Shown: piece by piece, positions 15,755 to 24,542 of the stretch
Layout of the letters: each line of letters starts with the position of its first letter
Numbering within the stretch: position 1 is the stretch's first letter
Assembly (NCBI GenBank): GCA_016185465.1
Contig: JACPNO010000059.1
Coordinates: 635-64,634, forward strand
Direction of reading: 5' to 3'
Origin: Candidatus Solibacter usitatus
Lineage (GTDB): Bacteria > Acidobacteriota > Terriglobia > Bryobacterales > Bryobacteraceae
DNA length: 64,000 nt
Notes under the pieces: model-generated
Seen by the model: only the letters and a program-made list of their open reading frames with translations
The model's database searches: none
Told to the model about the DNA's origin: nothing
Made by a program: the position numbers and the translations under genes

Positions 15755-16662
15755 ATGCGCCGGCCCTGGAAGCTGCTCCTGGTGGGGGCTGTGCTGGCCG
15801 CCGCTTTGATCCGCTTCTATCCGCCGGCGCGCTTGTTGGCGATTTACGCGGTGGGCCGAAGCCCGGCGTGCCCGTTATCGAACGCTTTAAAGAGCGACGA
15901 AAACCTGAAACGCCAGATCGCCTATAACGAGCAAATCATTAAAGGCAGCAAACTGCTGGAGACCGACCCCGCCGGTTATGAACTGTGGGACACGCCGCGC
16001 GCGAAATATTGGATTCCGGCGGGCAGCCGCTATGTGCTGCCGTTCAATTTGGCCGAGCAGGAGCGGCGCATCTACGGCGTCGGCGAGCAGACGGCTAAGG
16101 CCGGAGACGTAGTTCTGGATTGCGGCGCCAACGTCGGCGTGACGATCCACCGGTGGCTGGAGGATGGCGCGGGCAAGATCGTGGCCATTGAGCCGGCGCC
16201 GGAGAATATTCTGGTGCTCAAGCGCAATTTCGCCGCCGAGATCGCCGCCGGCCGGGTGATCGTTTACGAAAAAGGCGTTTGGGATAAAGAAGAGATACTG
16301 ACGCTGCAGGTAGACCCGAAGAATTCGGCCGCGGATAGTTTTGTCATCCACCGCGAGGGCGACAAGGAAGTGGCCAAGATTCCGGTGACCACGATCGACA
16401 AGCTGGTGGCGGAGCTGAAACTCGAGCGCGTGACTTCATCAAGATGGATATCGAAGGCGCCGAACAGCGCGCGCTGGCGGGCGCCAGGGAAACGCTGGCG
16501 AAATATCATCCCCGCCTGGCGCTGGCGTCCTACCATGTGCCCGACGACCCGGAGAAATTTCCCCAGATCATCCGCGCCATCTGGCCCGGTTACACCATGG
16601 AGTGCGGGCCGTGCGCGGAGGCCAATGGCCGCGTGCGCCCCGATGTACTGTACTTCCGCTAG
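15755..16662 (+). pseudogene. FkbM-family SAM-dependent methyltransferase with the frame broken by a 1-nt indel at about 16430-16433
   Basis: The first frame reads ...DVVLDCGANVGV...IVAIEPAPEN...LKLERV and then turns to junk. ORF 16444..16662 (MDIEGAEQRALAGARETLAKYHPRLALASYH...) is the FkbM C-terminus. Reading gcgtg(g)acttcatcaagatggat restores the family motif DFIKMDIEGAE. Confidence 0.75.
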
Positions 16663-17485
16663 GTCGATTGCGTTACTCTCGCTGGTTCTGCTGGCTTCCT
16701 GTGCCAAGCACTACCGGGTGACGGGATTGGTGCTGGGCGTGGATCGCGCCAGGCAGACGTTGGTGGTTTCCCACAACGATATTCACGGCTACATGCCGGC
16801 CATGGTAATGCCGTTCCACGCCGCGCGGGCGGCCGAGCTGGAGCCGCTCGAGCCGGGCTCGCGGGTGACATTCCAGTTGGTCGTGAGCAAGTCGGGCACG
16901 CTGGCTCGGAACATCCGCAAGCAAGGCGGCGCGATGAATGGCGTCATCGAAAGTAACGGCGACAAGATACGCCTGGCGACGCCGGCCGAAAAAGTTCCGA
17001 TCGGCAGCCAGGTGCCTGATTTTACGCTCACCGATCAGGCCGGCAAGCCCGTGCGCCTCTCCGATTTCCGGGGAAAAGTGGTGGCTGTCGATTTCATCTA
17101 CACGCGCTGTCCGCTACCCGACGTGTGCCCGCGCCTCTCGGCCAATTTCGCGCGCCTGCAGCGGCGCTTCACCGGCCAGGACCTGGTGCTGCTTTCAGTA
17201 ACCATCGATCCGCTGTATGACGCGCCCGAGGTGCTCGCCAAGTACGCTAAGATTTGGAAAGCGGATCCCGCCATGTGGCATTTCCTAACCGGCGGCGTGG
17301 GTGATGTGGAAGCCGTTGCCCGCCGCCTCGGCATGGTCTATTGGCCTGAAGAAGGCCTGATGACGCACACCTCGCAGACCGCGGTGATCGGCCGCAATGG
17401 AAAACTGGCCGCGATTGTGGAAGGATCCAGCTATGCCGTCAAACAGCTCGGCGATTTGATTGCGGCCGAGATGGAGGTTCGCTAA
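16643..17485 (+). CDS. SCO1/SenC-family copper chaperone lipoprotein with a Met/His-containing N-terminal domain
   Basis: This is the 3' part of ORF 15755..17485 starting at ATG 16643. MYCTSARSIALLSLVLLASC has a lipobox (LASC). HGYMPAMVMPF follows, then a thioredoxin-fold SCO region FRGKVVAVDFIYTRCPLPDVCP. Confidence 0.7.
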   Translation: MYCTSARSIALLSLVLLASCAKHYRVTGLVLGVDRARQTLVVSHNDIHGYMPAMVMPFHAARAAELEPLEPGSRVTFQLVVSKSGTLARNIRKQGGAMNGVIESNGDKIRLATPAEKVPIGSQVPDFTLTDQAGKPVRLSDFRGKVVAVDFIYTRCPLPDVCPRLSANFARLQRRFTGQDLVLLSVTIDPLYDAPEVLAKYAKIWKADPAMWHFLTGGVGDVEAVARRLGMVYWPEEGLMTHTSQTAVIGRNGKLAAIVEGSSYAVKQLGDLIAAEMEVR

Positions 17486-19147
17486 ATGAAGAAAGCAGCG
17501 CTCGCGGTTCTCTTTTCGTGCCTGGTGTTCGGCGCGGATAAGGTTGCGGACAAGACCAGCAGCAATAATAAAGATATGTGCGCGCCGCCTCCGGGCAGCG
17601 TGCCGCCGGCATTGCCAGCCCGTTTGATGACGGGGAATGGCACGGAATATATTCATTTTCCGATCACCACTTCGAGCCCCGAGGCGCAGCAATTCTTTCT
17701 GCAGGGAGTGGCCCAGATGCATTCTTTCTGGGCGAACGAAGCCGAGCGCTCGTTCCTGCAGGCGGCTGCGCTCGATCCCTCCGCGCCGATGCCGCAGTGG
17801 GGCATCGCGATGGTGGCGGCGGGCGATTACCGTCCGCGATTCCAGCTGGATCGCGATTTACCCGCTAAGCCCGACGGCGCCAAGCCCGATCGCTACTCGC
17901 AAGGCGGGGCTGCGCGAGCGATTGCGGCCGCGCAAAAGGCCGTGGAGCTGAGCGCGGTCGAAGGCAAGGCATCGCCTCTGGAAAAATTGTACGTGGCGGC
18001 GATTGCCGCGCGGCGCGACGTCAACAGCGCGGATCGCGATGAAGGCTACATCAATGGCTTGCGGGCGATTGTGGCCGGCTATCCCGGCGAAATCGAGGCT
18101 CGTTCGTATCTGGCGCTGCACCTGATGCGCGGCTACACGCTGCCGGACCATCAGCCGCGGCCGGGCACGATGGAAGCCGTAGCCATGCTGCGCCAGTTGC
18201 TGGTGGATGCGCCCGATCATATGGGCGTACATCATTTCGTGATCCACGGATTTGAAGGCGCGACTTTCGCCAAGGATGCCTGGCCGAGCTGCCGCCGCTA
18301 TCCGGAGCTGGTACCCAATATTCCGCATGCGCTGCACATGCCCGGACACATCTGGGCGCAGACCGGTAAGTGGGAAGAGGCCGTGAAATCCTTCTCCTCC
18401 GCCGCTGAGAACGAGCGCGGCTACATGGCCGCGGATCAGCTTTATGGCAGCGGCCATCACGGGCACAACGTCCATTTCATGGCCACGTCTTTGAGTTTTC
18501 AGGGTCACTACGACGAAGCCATGACGGCGGCGCGCGAGCTGCTTGCCATCAAGGAAAATCCCCGCGAAGCCGGGCAGCTGGATAACAACTTCACCGCCTA
18601 TCGCCAGGGCTGGTTTGCCATGCTGCGCACGCTGGTGCAGAACGAGAAGTGGGATGTGATTCTGGAAGGCAGCACGCTTCCGGCATACGACAAGCCGCGC
18701 GAGCAGGCGTGGCGGCACTGGGCGCTCGGCCTGGCGCACGCCGCCAAGGGCCACGCCGCCCGGACCAGAGCCGAAGCCAAGGCCATGGACGCGGCACTCA
18801 AGGATCTCACCGATAAGACCAAAGACGCCGTCCCTCCGCCTCTGGCAGCGGCGCGCAAGGAGCTTGACGGGCACATCGCCGCAGTCGAGAGAAAACGCGG
18901 CAAAGCGATCGAGACTCTGCAAGCGGCAGCCAAGATGGAGCGCTCCATGCGTTACAACGAGCCGCCATCTTATCCGCGCCCGGTGCTGCAGGCTCTCGGC
19001 GAAAAAGCATTGGCCTATGGCAAGCTGCAAGTTGCGGAGGCAGCCTTCCGCGAGGCGCTCGATCAGTATCCGGAGAGCAGCCGCGCCCTTGCTGGTCTGT
19101 CCGACACGCTGAAGCGGGCGAAAAAACCGCTTAACGCTGGAGATTGA
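17486..19147 (+). CDS. secreted TPR-like repeat protein of unknown function
   Basis: 553 aa with signal peptide MKKAALAVLFSCLVFGA and helical-repeat composition. The ATG immediately follows the SCO1 stop. The 445-aa antisense ORF 17858..19195 is an Arg-rich shadow. Confidence 0.65.
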   Translation: MKKAALAVLFSCLVFGADKVADKTSSNNKDMCAPPPGSVPPALPARLMTGNGTEYIHFPITTSSPEAQQFFLQGVAQMHSFWANEAERSFLQAAALDPSAPMPQWGIAMVAAGDYRPRFQLDRDLPAKPDGAKPDRYSQGGAARAIAAAQKAVELSAVEGKASPLEKLYVAAIAARRDVNSADRDEGYINGLRAIVAGYPGEIEARSYLALHLMRGYTLPDHQPRPGTMEAVAMLRQLLVDAPDHMGVHHFVIHGFEGATFAKDAWPSCRRYPELVPNIPHALHMPGHIWAQTGKWEEAVKSFSSAAENERGYMAADQLYGSGHHGHNVHFMATSLSFQGHYDEAMTAARELLAIKENPREAGQLDNNFTAYRQGWFAMLRTLVQNEKWDVILEGSTLPAYDKPREQAWRHWALGLAHAAKGHAARTRAEAKAMDAALKDLTDKTKDAVPPPLAAARKELDGHIAAVERKRGKAIETLQAAAKMERSMRYNEPPSYPRPVLQALGEKALAYGKLQVAEAAFREALDQYPESSRALAGLSDTLKRAKKPLNAGD

Positions 19148-20139
19148 GGCCGATCGATATCGTTGGCGCCGGACCGGCCGGCTCCGCGGCGGCAATCACC
19201 GCTTGCGATTTGGGCTGCCCGGTCCGGCTCTATGAAAAATCTGCGTTGCCGCGGCACAAGGTCTGCGGGGAGTTTCTCTCTCCCGGCGCCCGGCCGGTGT
19301 TGGAACAGCTTGGCGTTCTGGCGGAAGCGGAACGTCTGCGGCCGGCGCGCATTTCCCGCGTCGAGCTGCACTTCGGACGCAGCCGGAAGAGCTGGAATTT
19401 GGCGGAGGAAGCCTGGGGGCTTAGCCGCTACGCGCTCGACGATATTCTTTACCGCCGCGCCCTCTCGGCCGGCGCCGTGCATGTGCGGGAAGTTTGGACG
19501 GCGCCGGCAGCCGCCCAGGACAACCGGCTGATTCTGGCGCGGGGCCGTTCCACTCATGTGCAGAAAGGCTCGCGCCTGTTCGGCTTCAAAGCGCATTTTC
19601 GCGGACCGGTGAGTGACACGGTGGAGCTGTATTTTCCGCCGGGAGGCTATGCGGGCGTGTGCGGGGTGGAAGGCGGAATCACGAATGTGTGCGGCATCGC
19701 GTCCGAAAAGCTGCTGCGCAAAATCGATTTTGATTTCGATGAATTGCTGCGCCGCTGGCCGATGCTCGCTGAGCGCACTCGCCCTCTCACACGATGCTGG
19801 GATTGGCTGAGCACGGGTCCGCTGGTTTTTGGCGAGCAGTTCGATGCGGCGCGCAACGCCTACGTGGCGGGCGACGCGCTGGGGTTTATCGATCCTTTCA
19901 CGGGCTCAGGCATTCAGGGCGGGTTGGTCACCGGAAGAATGGCGGGACTGGCTGCGGCGCGCAACGTGCCGGTGGCCGAACATGTCCGCCTGTGCAAGCA
20001 AGCGTTGGGCCGGCAATATGCAGCGGCGGGAATTTTTCGCGGCGCGGTTCGCGCCGGGCTAGCCGACTGGCTCGCGCGCTTCGTTCCCGGACGGCTGCTG
20101 TTTTATTTGACCCGGCCCGGCGGCAGCATCGCCGCATAA
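19144..20139 (+). CDS. FAD-dependent oxidoreductase (geranylgeranyl-reductase/halogenase-like fold)
   Basis: TTG start overlapping the upstream stop. Dinucleotide-binding motif IDIVGAGPAGSAAA..LYEK, later AGDALGFIDPFTGSGI. Confidence 0.7.
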   Translation: MRPIDIVGAGPAGSAAAITACDLGCPVRLYEKSALPRHKVCGEFLSPGARPVLEQLGVLAEAERLRPARISRVELHFGRSRKSWNLAEEAWGLSRYALDDILYRRALSAGAVHVREVWTAPAAAQDNRLILARGRSTHVQKGSRLFGFKAHFRGPVSDTVELYFPPGGYAGVCGVEGGITNVCGIASEKLLRKIDFDFDELLRRWPMLAERTRPLTRCWDWLSTGPLVFGEQFDAARNAYVAGDALGFIDPFTGSGIQGGLVTGRMAGLAAARNVPVAEHVRLCKQALGRQYAAAGIFRGAVRAGLADWLARFVPGRLLFYLTRPGGSIAA

Positions 20140-20178
20140 AAAAGCCGGTGAACGCTCGGAGGAGTGCGCTCACCGGCT
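20138..20178 (-). terminator. intrinsic terminator oriented for the minus strand
   Basis: The hairpin at 20143-20178 has 12 of 13 bp paired (AGCCGGTGAACGC / GCGCTCACCGGCT) and a 10-nt loop. On the minus strand it is followed by TTTTTTA (complement of 20137-20143). On the plus strand no T-tract follows. Confidence 0.5.
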
Positions 20179-20302
20179 GGTCCCGCATTAGATACATGAA
20201 CCGAAGCCCATGCGTCGCGGCGGTACCACTGAAAAAAACTGTCCCTATGAATAAGACGTATCAACCCGCCTGAGGTTTCCGGGCGACTCGCCGCTGTACA
20301 CC
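20138..20302 (-). ncRNA. candidate small RNA of about 165 nt, bounded by an extended -10 promoter and the intrinsic terminator
   Basis: The extended -10 TGATACAAT is the reverse complement of 20309-20317, and TTGAAA is the reverse complement of 20330-20335. The terminator is at 20138-20178. I found no convincing ORF with an SD inside. I could not match it to any RNA family by eye. Confidence 0.3.
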
Positions 20303-20308
20303 AATGGG

Positions 20309-20335
20309 ATTGTATCAAAGATTTGGAATTTTCAA
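20309..20335 (-). promoter_or_regulatory. sigma-70-like promoter with extended -10 (TTGAAA-N15-TACAAT, TG at -15/-14)
   Basis: Read on the reverse complement: TTGAAAattccaaatctttGaTACAAT. It lies in the AT-rich intergenic region. Confidence 0.35.
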
Positions 20336-20430
20336 GTATCGAATTACGAATAATGATAATAAGCAAGGATTTAGCAGGCATAAATCGGGTACGGGGGCTC
20401 AAGTAGCGGTCCTGGGGAGAAGTGGTGGAT

Positions 20431-20459
20431 TTATTGGGTTGCAGGGACTCTGATATAAT
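20431..20459 (+). promoter_or_regulatory. sigma-70-like promoter with extended -10 upstream of phoH (TTATTG-N17-TATAAT, TGATATAAT)
   Basis: Sequence ttattgggttgcagggactcTGaTATAAT, about 95 nt upstream of the phoH ATG. Confidence 0.4.
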
Positions 20460-20554
20460 TTACTTAGATGGTCTTCAACTCCCCCGCTGCGGCGGGTTTT
20501 GGTCGTTTTCCTGCCCGCCCCACTGCATGACGGAGGCGCCTGAACACTTGCTCA

Positions 20555-21601
20555 ATGAAAGCTAGCGTACAAATTAGCCGTGGCATCGAGAGTCTCTTTG
20601 GGACCCGGGATGAAAACATCCGGTTGATCGAAGGCGGGTTGAAAGTGAGCACGCACCTGGTGGACAGTTCGCTCGAAATTGAGGGCGAGGAAGCCAACGT
20701 GAACCGGGCAGCGGGAATCCTGGAAGAATACGTAGCACTTGTAAAAGAAGGGCATGTATTCAGCAACGGCGATTTGAACAGCTACTTGCGGGTAGTGACC
20801 GAGGATCCCGAAGTGGGTCTGCGGGCTCTGGTTTCGAGCGGACGCCAGCGCAATTTCGGCAAGAAGCTGCTGGCCCCGAAAACCGTCAATCAACGGCGGT
20901 ATCTGGAGGCTATTGAACGCAACGACCTGGTGTTCGGCGTGGGTCCGGCGGGAACAGGAAAAACTTATCTGGCCGTGGCGATGGCGATTTCGGCGCTCAT
21001 CGCCAAACGCGTAAGCCGGATTATTCTGACCCGGCCGGCGGTAGAAGCGGGCGAGCGGCTGGGTTTTCTGCCGGGCACATTGCAGGAGAAGATCGATCCC
21101 TATCTGCGGCCGCTGTACGACGCTTTGTACGACATGCTCGAAACCGACAAAGTGGAAAAATTTCTCGAGCGGGCGGCTATTGAGATTGCGCCGCTGGCAT
21201 TTATGCGAGGCCGCACGCTGAACGACAGCTTCATCATTCTGGACGAAGCGCAGAACAGCACGCCCGAGCAGATGAAAATGGTGCTGACGCGCCAGGGCTT
21301 CAACTCCAAGATGGTGGTCACCGGCGACGTAACGCAAATCGATTTGCCGGGCGGCAAGCGGAGCGGGCTGCTGGAGGCGCTGGACGTGTTGAAAGGCGTG
21401 GAAGGAATCAGCCTGATTCCTTTCGATGAACGCGACGTGGTGCGGCATCCGCTGGTGCAGCGCATCGTCCGGGCGTACGAAAAATACAACGAAACCATGG
21501 GACCGGCGCGCCAATTGTCCCTGAAGCTGGCTGACACCACGGCGGAGCCTGCCGCCGAGAACACCGCCGAGTCCGCTGAGCCGGCACTACCCGGCGCCTG
21601 A
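20555..21601 (+). CDS. phoH: PhoH-family ATPase (YbeZ-like)
   Basis: GPAGTGKTYLAVAMA Walker A, ILTRPAVEAGERLGFLPG, IILDEAQN Walker B. It is the first gene of the conserved phoH-ybeY-corC-era block. Confidence 0.9.
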   Translation: MKASVQISRGIESLFGTRDENIRLIEGGLKVSTHLVDSSLEIEGEEANVNRAAGILEEYVALVKEGHVFSNGDLNSYLRVVTEDPEVGLRALVSSGRQRNFGKKLLAPKTVNQRRYLEAIERNDLVFGVGPAGTGKTYLAVAMAISALIAKRVSRIILTRPAVEAGERLGFLPGTLQEKIDPYLRPLYDALYDMLETDKVEKFLERAAIEIAPLAFMRGRTLNDSFIILDEAQNSTPEQMKMVLTRQGFNSKMVVTGDVTQIDLPGGKRSGLLEALDVLKGVEGISLIPFDERDVVRHPLVQRIVRAYEKYNETMGPARQLSLKLADTTAEPAAENTAESAEPALPGA

Positions 21602-21611
21602 GGGCGCTTTC

Positions 21612-22058
21612 ATGGCTTCTTCCGAACCTCTGCTGTTGTTTCGCCGCGCACCCGCCGCATTGAACCGGGCGCCGCTGCGCGCCTTTGCGCGCCGCCTGCG
21701 CGACCAGGTGGCAGGGGGGCGAAATTTTTCCTGCCTGATTGCCGACGATCGCGAGTTGTGCCGGCTCAACGCCCAATTTCTGGGAAAGAACTACGCCACC
21801 GACGTGCTCTCGTTCCCTGAACCGGAGCCTGCGGATTTTCTGGGCGAGCTGGCGATTTCCCGCCAGAGAGCCGCCGCCCAAGCCCGCCGGTTCGGCCACT
21901 CGCTGGAAAAAGAAATCCAGATTCTGATGCTGCACGGGCTACTGCACCTGTTGGGCATGGACCACGAGCGCGACCGCGGGCGGATGGCTCGCGCCGAAAC
22001 GCAATGGCGTACGCGGCTCGGGCTGCCCGCCGGGTTGATTGAAAGGGAGGCGCGGTGA
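21612..22058 (+). CDS. ybeY: rRNA maturation endoribonuclease YbeY
   Basis: Zinc motif HGLLHLLGMDH, 148 aa, conserved operon context. Confidence 0.9.
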   Translation: MASSEPLLLFRRAPAALNRAPLRAFARRLRDQVAGGRNFSCLIADDRELCRLNAQFLGKNYATDVLSFPEPEPADFLGELAISRQRAAAQARRFGHSLEKEIQILMLHGLLHLLGMDHERDRGRMARAETQWRTRLGLPAGLIEREAR

Positions 22059-23317
22059 CGCTGATTCTGATCTGCGGAATCGCCGTGCTGGCCGTGGTCA
22101 TGGCGCTGGCGGCCGCGGTGCAGGCGCTCTACCAGGAGAGCCTGCGGCTGCGCGCGCGCGAGCTGCCGGCGCTGGAATTTTTCAAATCGACGCTCGAGCC
22201 CCGCATCGGCGCGCCGGATAACGAGGCCGCCCTGAGCTTCGGCCTGATCAAGCACATCGCCATGGTGGGATTGAGCATCCTGGTATTGGTTTGGCTGGGC
22301 CAGGGATCCGGACGCTGGCACGTTGCCGTGCAAGCGGCATTTGTGGCGATACTCATCATGCTGGCGGCCGCCTACGGGCTGCCGCAGATTCTCTATCGAA
22401 GAACCAGCGGGCGCTGGCTGACGCCGCTGGTGCCGCTGCTGCGCTTCATGGTCATCGTCGTAAAGCCGCTGGCAGTCATGCTGCGGGTGTTCGATTCCCT
22501 GATTGCGCTTACCAATGAAAAGGAAGAGGCGCGGGACGAGCCTTCTCCGGCGGAAAACATCGAGGCGCTGATCTCGGCCGGCACCGAAGAAGGCCTGATC
22601 CAGGAAGACGACCGCAAGCTGATTCAATCGGTGGTGGAGTTCGGCGACAAAGTAGTGCGTGAGGTGATGACGGCGCGCCCCAACATGGTGGCGATTTCGG
22701 CCGACGCCTCGCTCGATGAGCTGCGCGAGCTGGTGATCCACGAGCAATACTCGCGCATCCCCGTGTACGAGGGGTCGATCGACGAAATCATCGGCTTCGT
22801 GCACGTGCGCGACATGTTCGAGCTGGACGAAGACGAGAGGGTCCACCGCAAGGTGCGGGAGCTGGTGCGTCCCATTCGGTTTGTCCCCGAAAGCAAGCCG
22901 GCCGACGATCTGCTGCGCGAGATGCAGCATGAAGGAACGCACATGGTGATCGTGGTGGATGAATACGGCAACACGGCCGGCCTGGCCACGATGGAAGACC
23001 TGGTGGAGGTAATACTGGGCGAGATCCGCGACGAGCACGAGCCCGGGTCCGACGTCGCGCCCGACGGCGCGGGAGGCTTCATTGTCTCGGGAAATTTCGA
23101 CGTGGCGCGCTTGAGCGATCTGCTGGGATTCCGCCCGGAGGAAGAAATTGAATCGACGACGGTGGGCGGCTTGATTGCCGAGTGGCTGGGCCGCGTTCCG
23201 CAGCGCGGCGAGTTTGTGGACCGCAACGGCATTCGCATCGAAGTGATGGCGGGCGACGAATTGCGCGTGTCGCAAGTGCGTGTGAGCAAGTCCAAAGCGG
23301 CTGTAGCCAATGACTGA
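22055..23317 (+). CDS. CNNM/TlyC/CorC-family membrane protein (DUF21 + CBS pair + CorC_HlyC)
   Basis: 420 aa with N-terminal TM helices, CBS region VMTARPNMVAISAD...YSRIPVY, and a C-terminal transporter-associated domain. Confidence 0.85.
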   Translation: MTLILICGIAVLAVVMALAAAVQALYQESLRLRARELPALEFFKSTLEPRIGAPDNEAALSFGLIKHIAMVGLSILVLVWLGQGSGRWHVAVQAAFVAILIMLAAAYGLPQILYRRTSGRWLTPLVPLLRFMVIVVKPLAVMLRVFDSLIALTNEKEEARDEPSPAENIEALISAGTEEGLIQEDDRKLIQSVVEFGDKVVREVMTARPNMVAISADASLDELRELVIHEQYSRIPVYEGSIDEIIGFVHVRDMFELDEDERVHRKVRELVRPIRFVPESKPADDLLREMQHEGTHMVIVVDEYGNTAGLATMEDLVEVILGEIRDEHEPGSDVAPDGAGGFIVSGNFDVARLSDLLGFRPEEEIESTTVGGLIAEWLGRVPQRGEFVDRNGIRIEVMAGDELRVSQVRVSKSKAAVAND

Positions 23318-24254
23318 GACGGAGAGCCCCATGCCTGCCGCGGCGCCCGGCTTTGTTTCCGGTTTTGTTTCGATACTGGGCCGTCCCAACGCCGGCAAAT
23401 CCACGCTGCTCAATGCCCTGGTAGGCGCGAAAATCGCCATCGTCGCCGATAAACCGCAGACCACGCGCACCTCCATTCAAGGCGTGCTCACGCTGCCGGA
23501 GGCGCAGATCGTTTTCGTCGATACGCCGGGCATACACCGGGCCGATAGCGCGATCAACCGGCGCATGATGGACACGGTACGCGCCGCGCTCGACGAGCGC
23601 GACTTGCTGCTGTATGTCGCCGATGGCTCAGGCGGCGTCACCAAACGCGACCGCGATGCGGTGAGCGTGCTGCGGCACACGGATACGCCGGCGATTCTGG
23701 TGGTCAACAAAATCGATTGCCTGAAGCAGAAGCAGGATCTTCTGCCGCTGCTCGACCAGTTCCGCAAGCTGCACCCTTTTGCCGATCACATTCCGATTTC
23801 CGCGCTCACCGGCGAAGGCCTGGAGACGCTGCGCGCCGCCATACTCAAGCGCCTCCCGGCGGGCCCGGCCTATTTCCCGGCCGATCACATCACCGACCAG
23901 CCCGAGCGGTTTCTGGCCTCCGAGCTGATCCGGGAAAAAATTCTGCACCTCACCCACGAAGAGGTGCCGCATTCGGTCGCCGTCATCGTGGAGAAGTGGG
24001 AAGAGACCGGCAATTTGATCAAGATATTTGCCACCATCCGGGTAGAGCGGCCGGGGCAGAAGGCGATCGTCATCGGCGCCGGCGGCTCGGTGTTGAAACG
24101 AGTGGGCACCGAGGCGCGTCTGGAGATGGAGCGCTTCTTCGGCCACAAGATTTATCTCGACCTGCATGTGAAGGTGCAGCCTGGGTGGCGCGAGAAGCCG
24201 ATGTTTCTGGACGCGCTGGATTGGCGTACAATGGCCGGGTCAGATGATGTATAA
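23310..24254 (+). CDS. era: GTPase Era
   Basis: G1 GRPNAGKST, G3 DTPG, G4 NKID, C-terminal KH domain. It overlaps the upstream gene by 8 nt. Confidence 0.92.
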   Translation: MTETESPMPAAAPGFVSGFVSILGRPNAGKSTLLNALVGAKIAIVADKPQTTRTSIQGVLTLPEAQIVFVDTPGIHRADSAINRRMMDTVRAALDERDLLLYVADGSGGVTKRDRDAVSVLRHTDTPAILVVNKIDCLKQKQDLLPLLDQFRKLHPFADHIPISALTGEGLETLRAAILKRLPAGPAYFPADHITDQPERFLASELIREKILHLTHEEVPHSVAVIVEKWEETGNLIKIFATIRVERPGQKAIVIGAGGSVLKRVGTEARLEMERFFGHKIYLDLHVKVQPGWREKPMFLDALDWRTMAGSDDV

Positions 24255-24537
24255 ATTTTTTACTTCCTTATTCGTGGTGATGGCGCTGCTGTTGCCGGCA
24301 GCTTGGGCTGCCGACAAGCCTCTCTCGGATGACGCGATTTATGATCAGGTGAAACGGCGGCTGGCCAATGACATCGTGGTGAAGGGCGGCGGCTTGGATG
24401 TCGAGGTGAAGGATGGCGTGGTCACGCTGGCTGGAGTGGTTGAGCGGAGCATCCAAAAAGAAAAAGCCGAAAAGATCACCAAGAAGATCAAAGGCGTCAA
24501 GCAAGTCGTCAACAACCTGCGCGTCACCATGAAGTAA
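24244..24537 (+). CDS. secreted BON-domain protein
   Basis: 97 aa. Signal peptide MMYKFFTSLFVVMALLLPAAWA, then a BON-like segment VEVKDGVVTLAGVVERSIQKEKAEKITKKIKGVKQVVNNL. Confidence 0.7.
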   Translation: MMYKFFTSLFVVMALLLPAAWAADKPLSDDAIYDQVKRRLANDIVVKGGGLDVEVKDGVVTLAGVVERSIQKEKAEKITKKIKGVKQVVNNLRVTMK

Positions 24538-24542
24538 GCGTC

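Noticed and set aside
15755-17485. Single 576-aa FkbM-SCO1 fusion protein as suggested by the ORF track
   Set aside because: The middle ~75 residues are frame-shift junk. The FkbM C-terminus is found in another frame (16444..16662), and SCO1 has its own ATG and lipoprotein signal at 16643.
17858-19195. 445-aa minus-strand ORF
   Set aside because: It is antisense to the well-formed TPR gene 17486..19147. Its composition is dominated by Arg/Ala/Gly/Leu with no motif, typical of a GC-rich shadow ORF.
20103-20402. 99-aa minus-strand ORF in the AT-rich intergenic region
   Set aside because: It has no SD, runs straight through the intrinsic terminator hairpin into the neighbouring gene, and has an odd composition. 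The region is better explained as a non-coding transcript.
21791-23476. 561-aa minus-strand ORF
   Set aside because: It is antisense to the ybeY, CNNM and era genes, which carry strong family motifs. No domains are recognisable in it.
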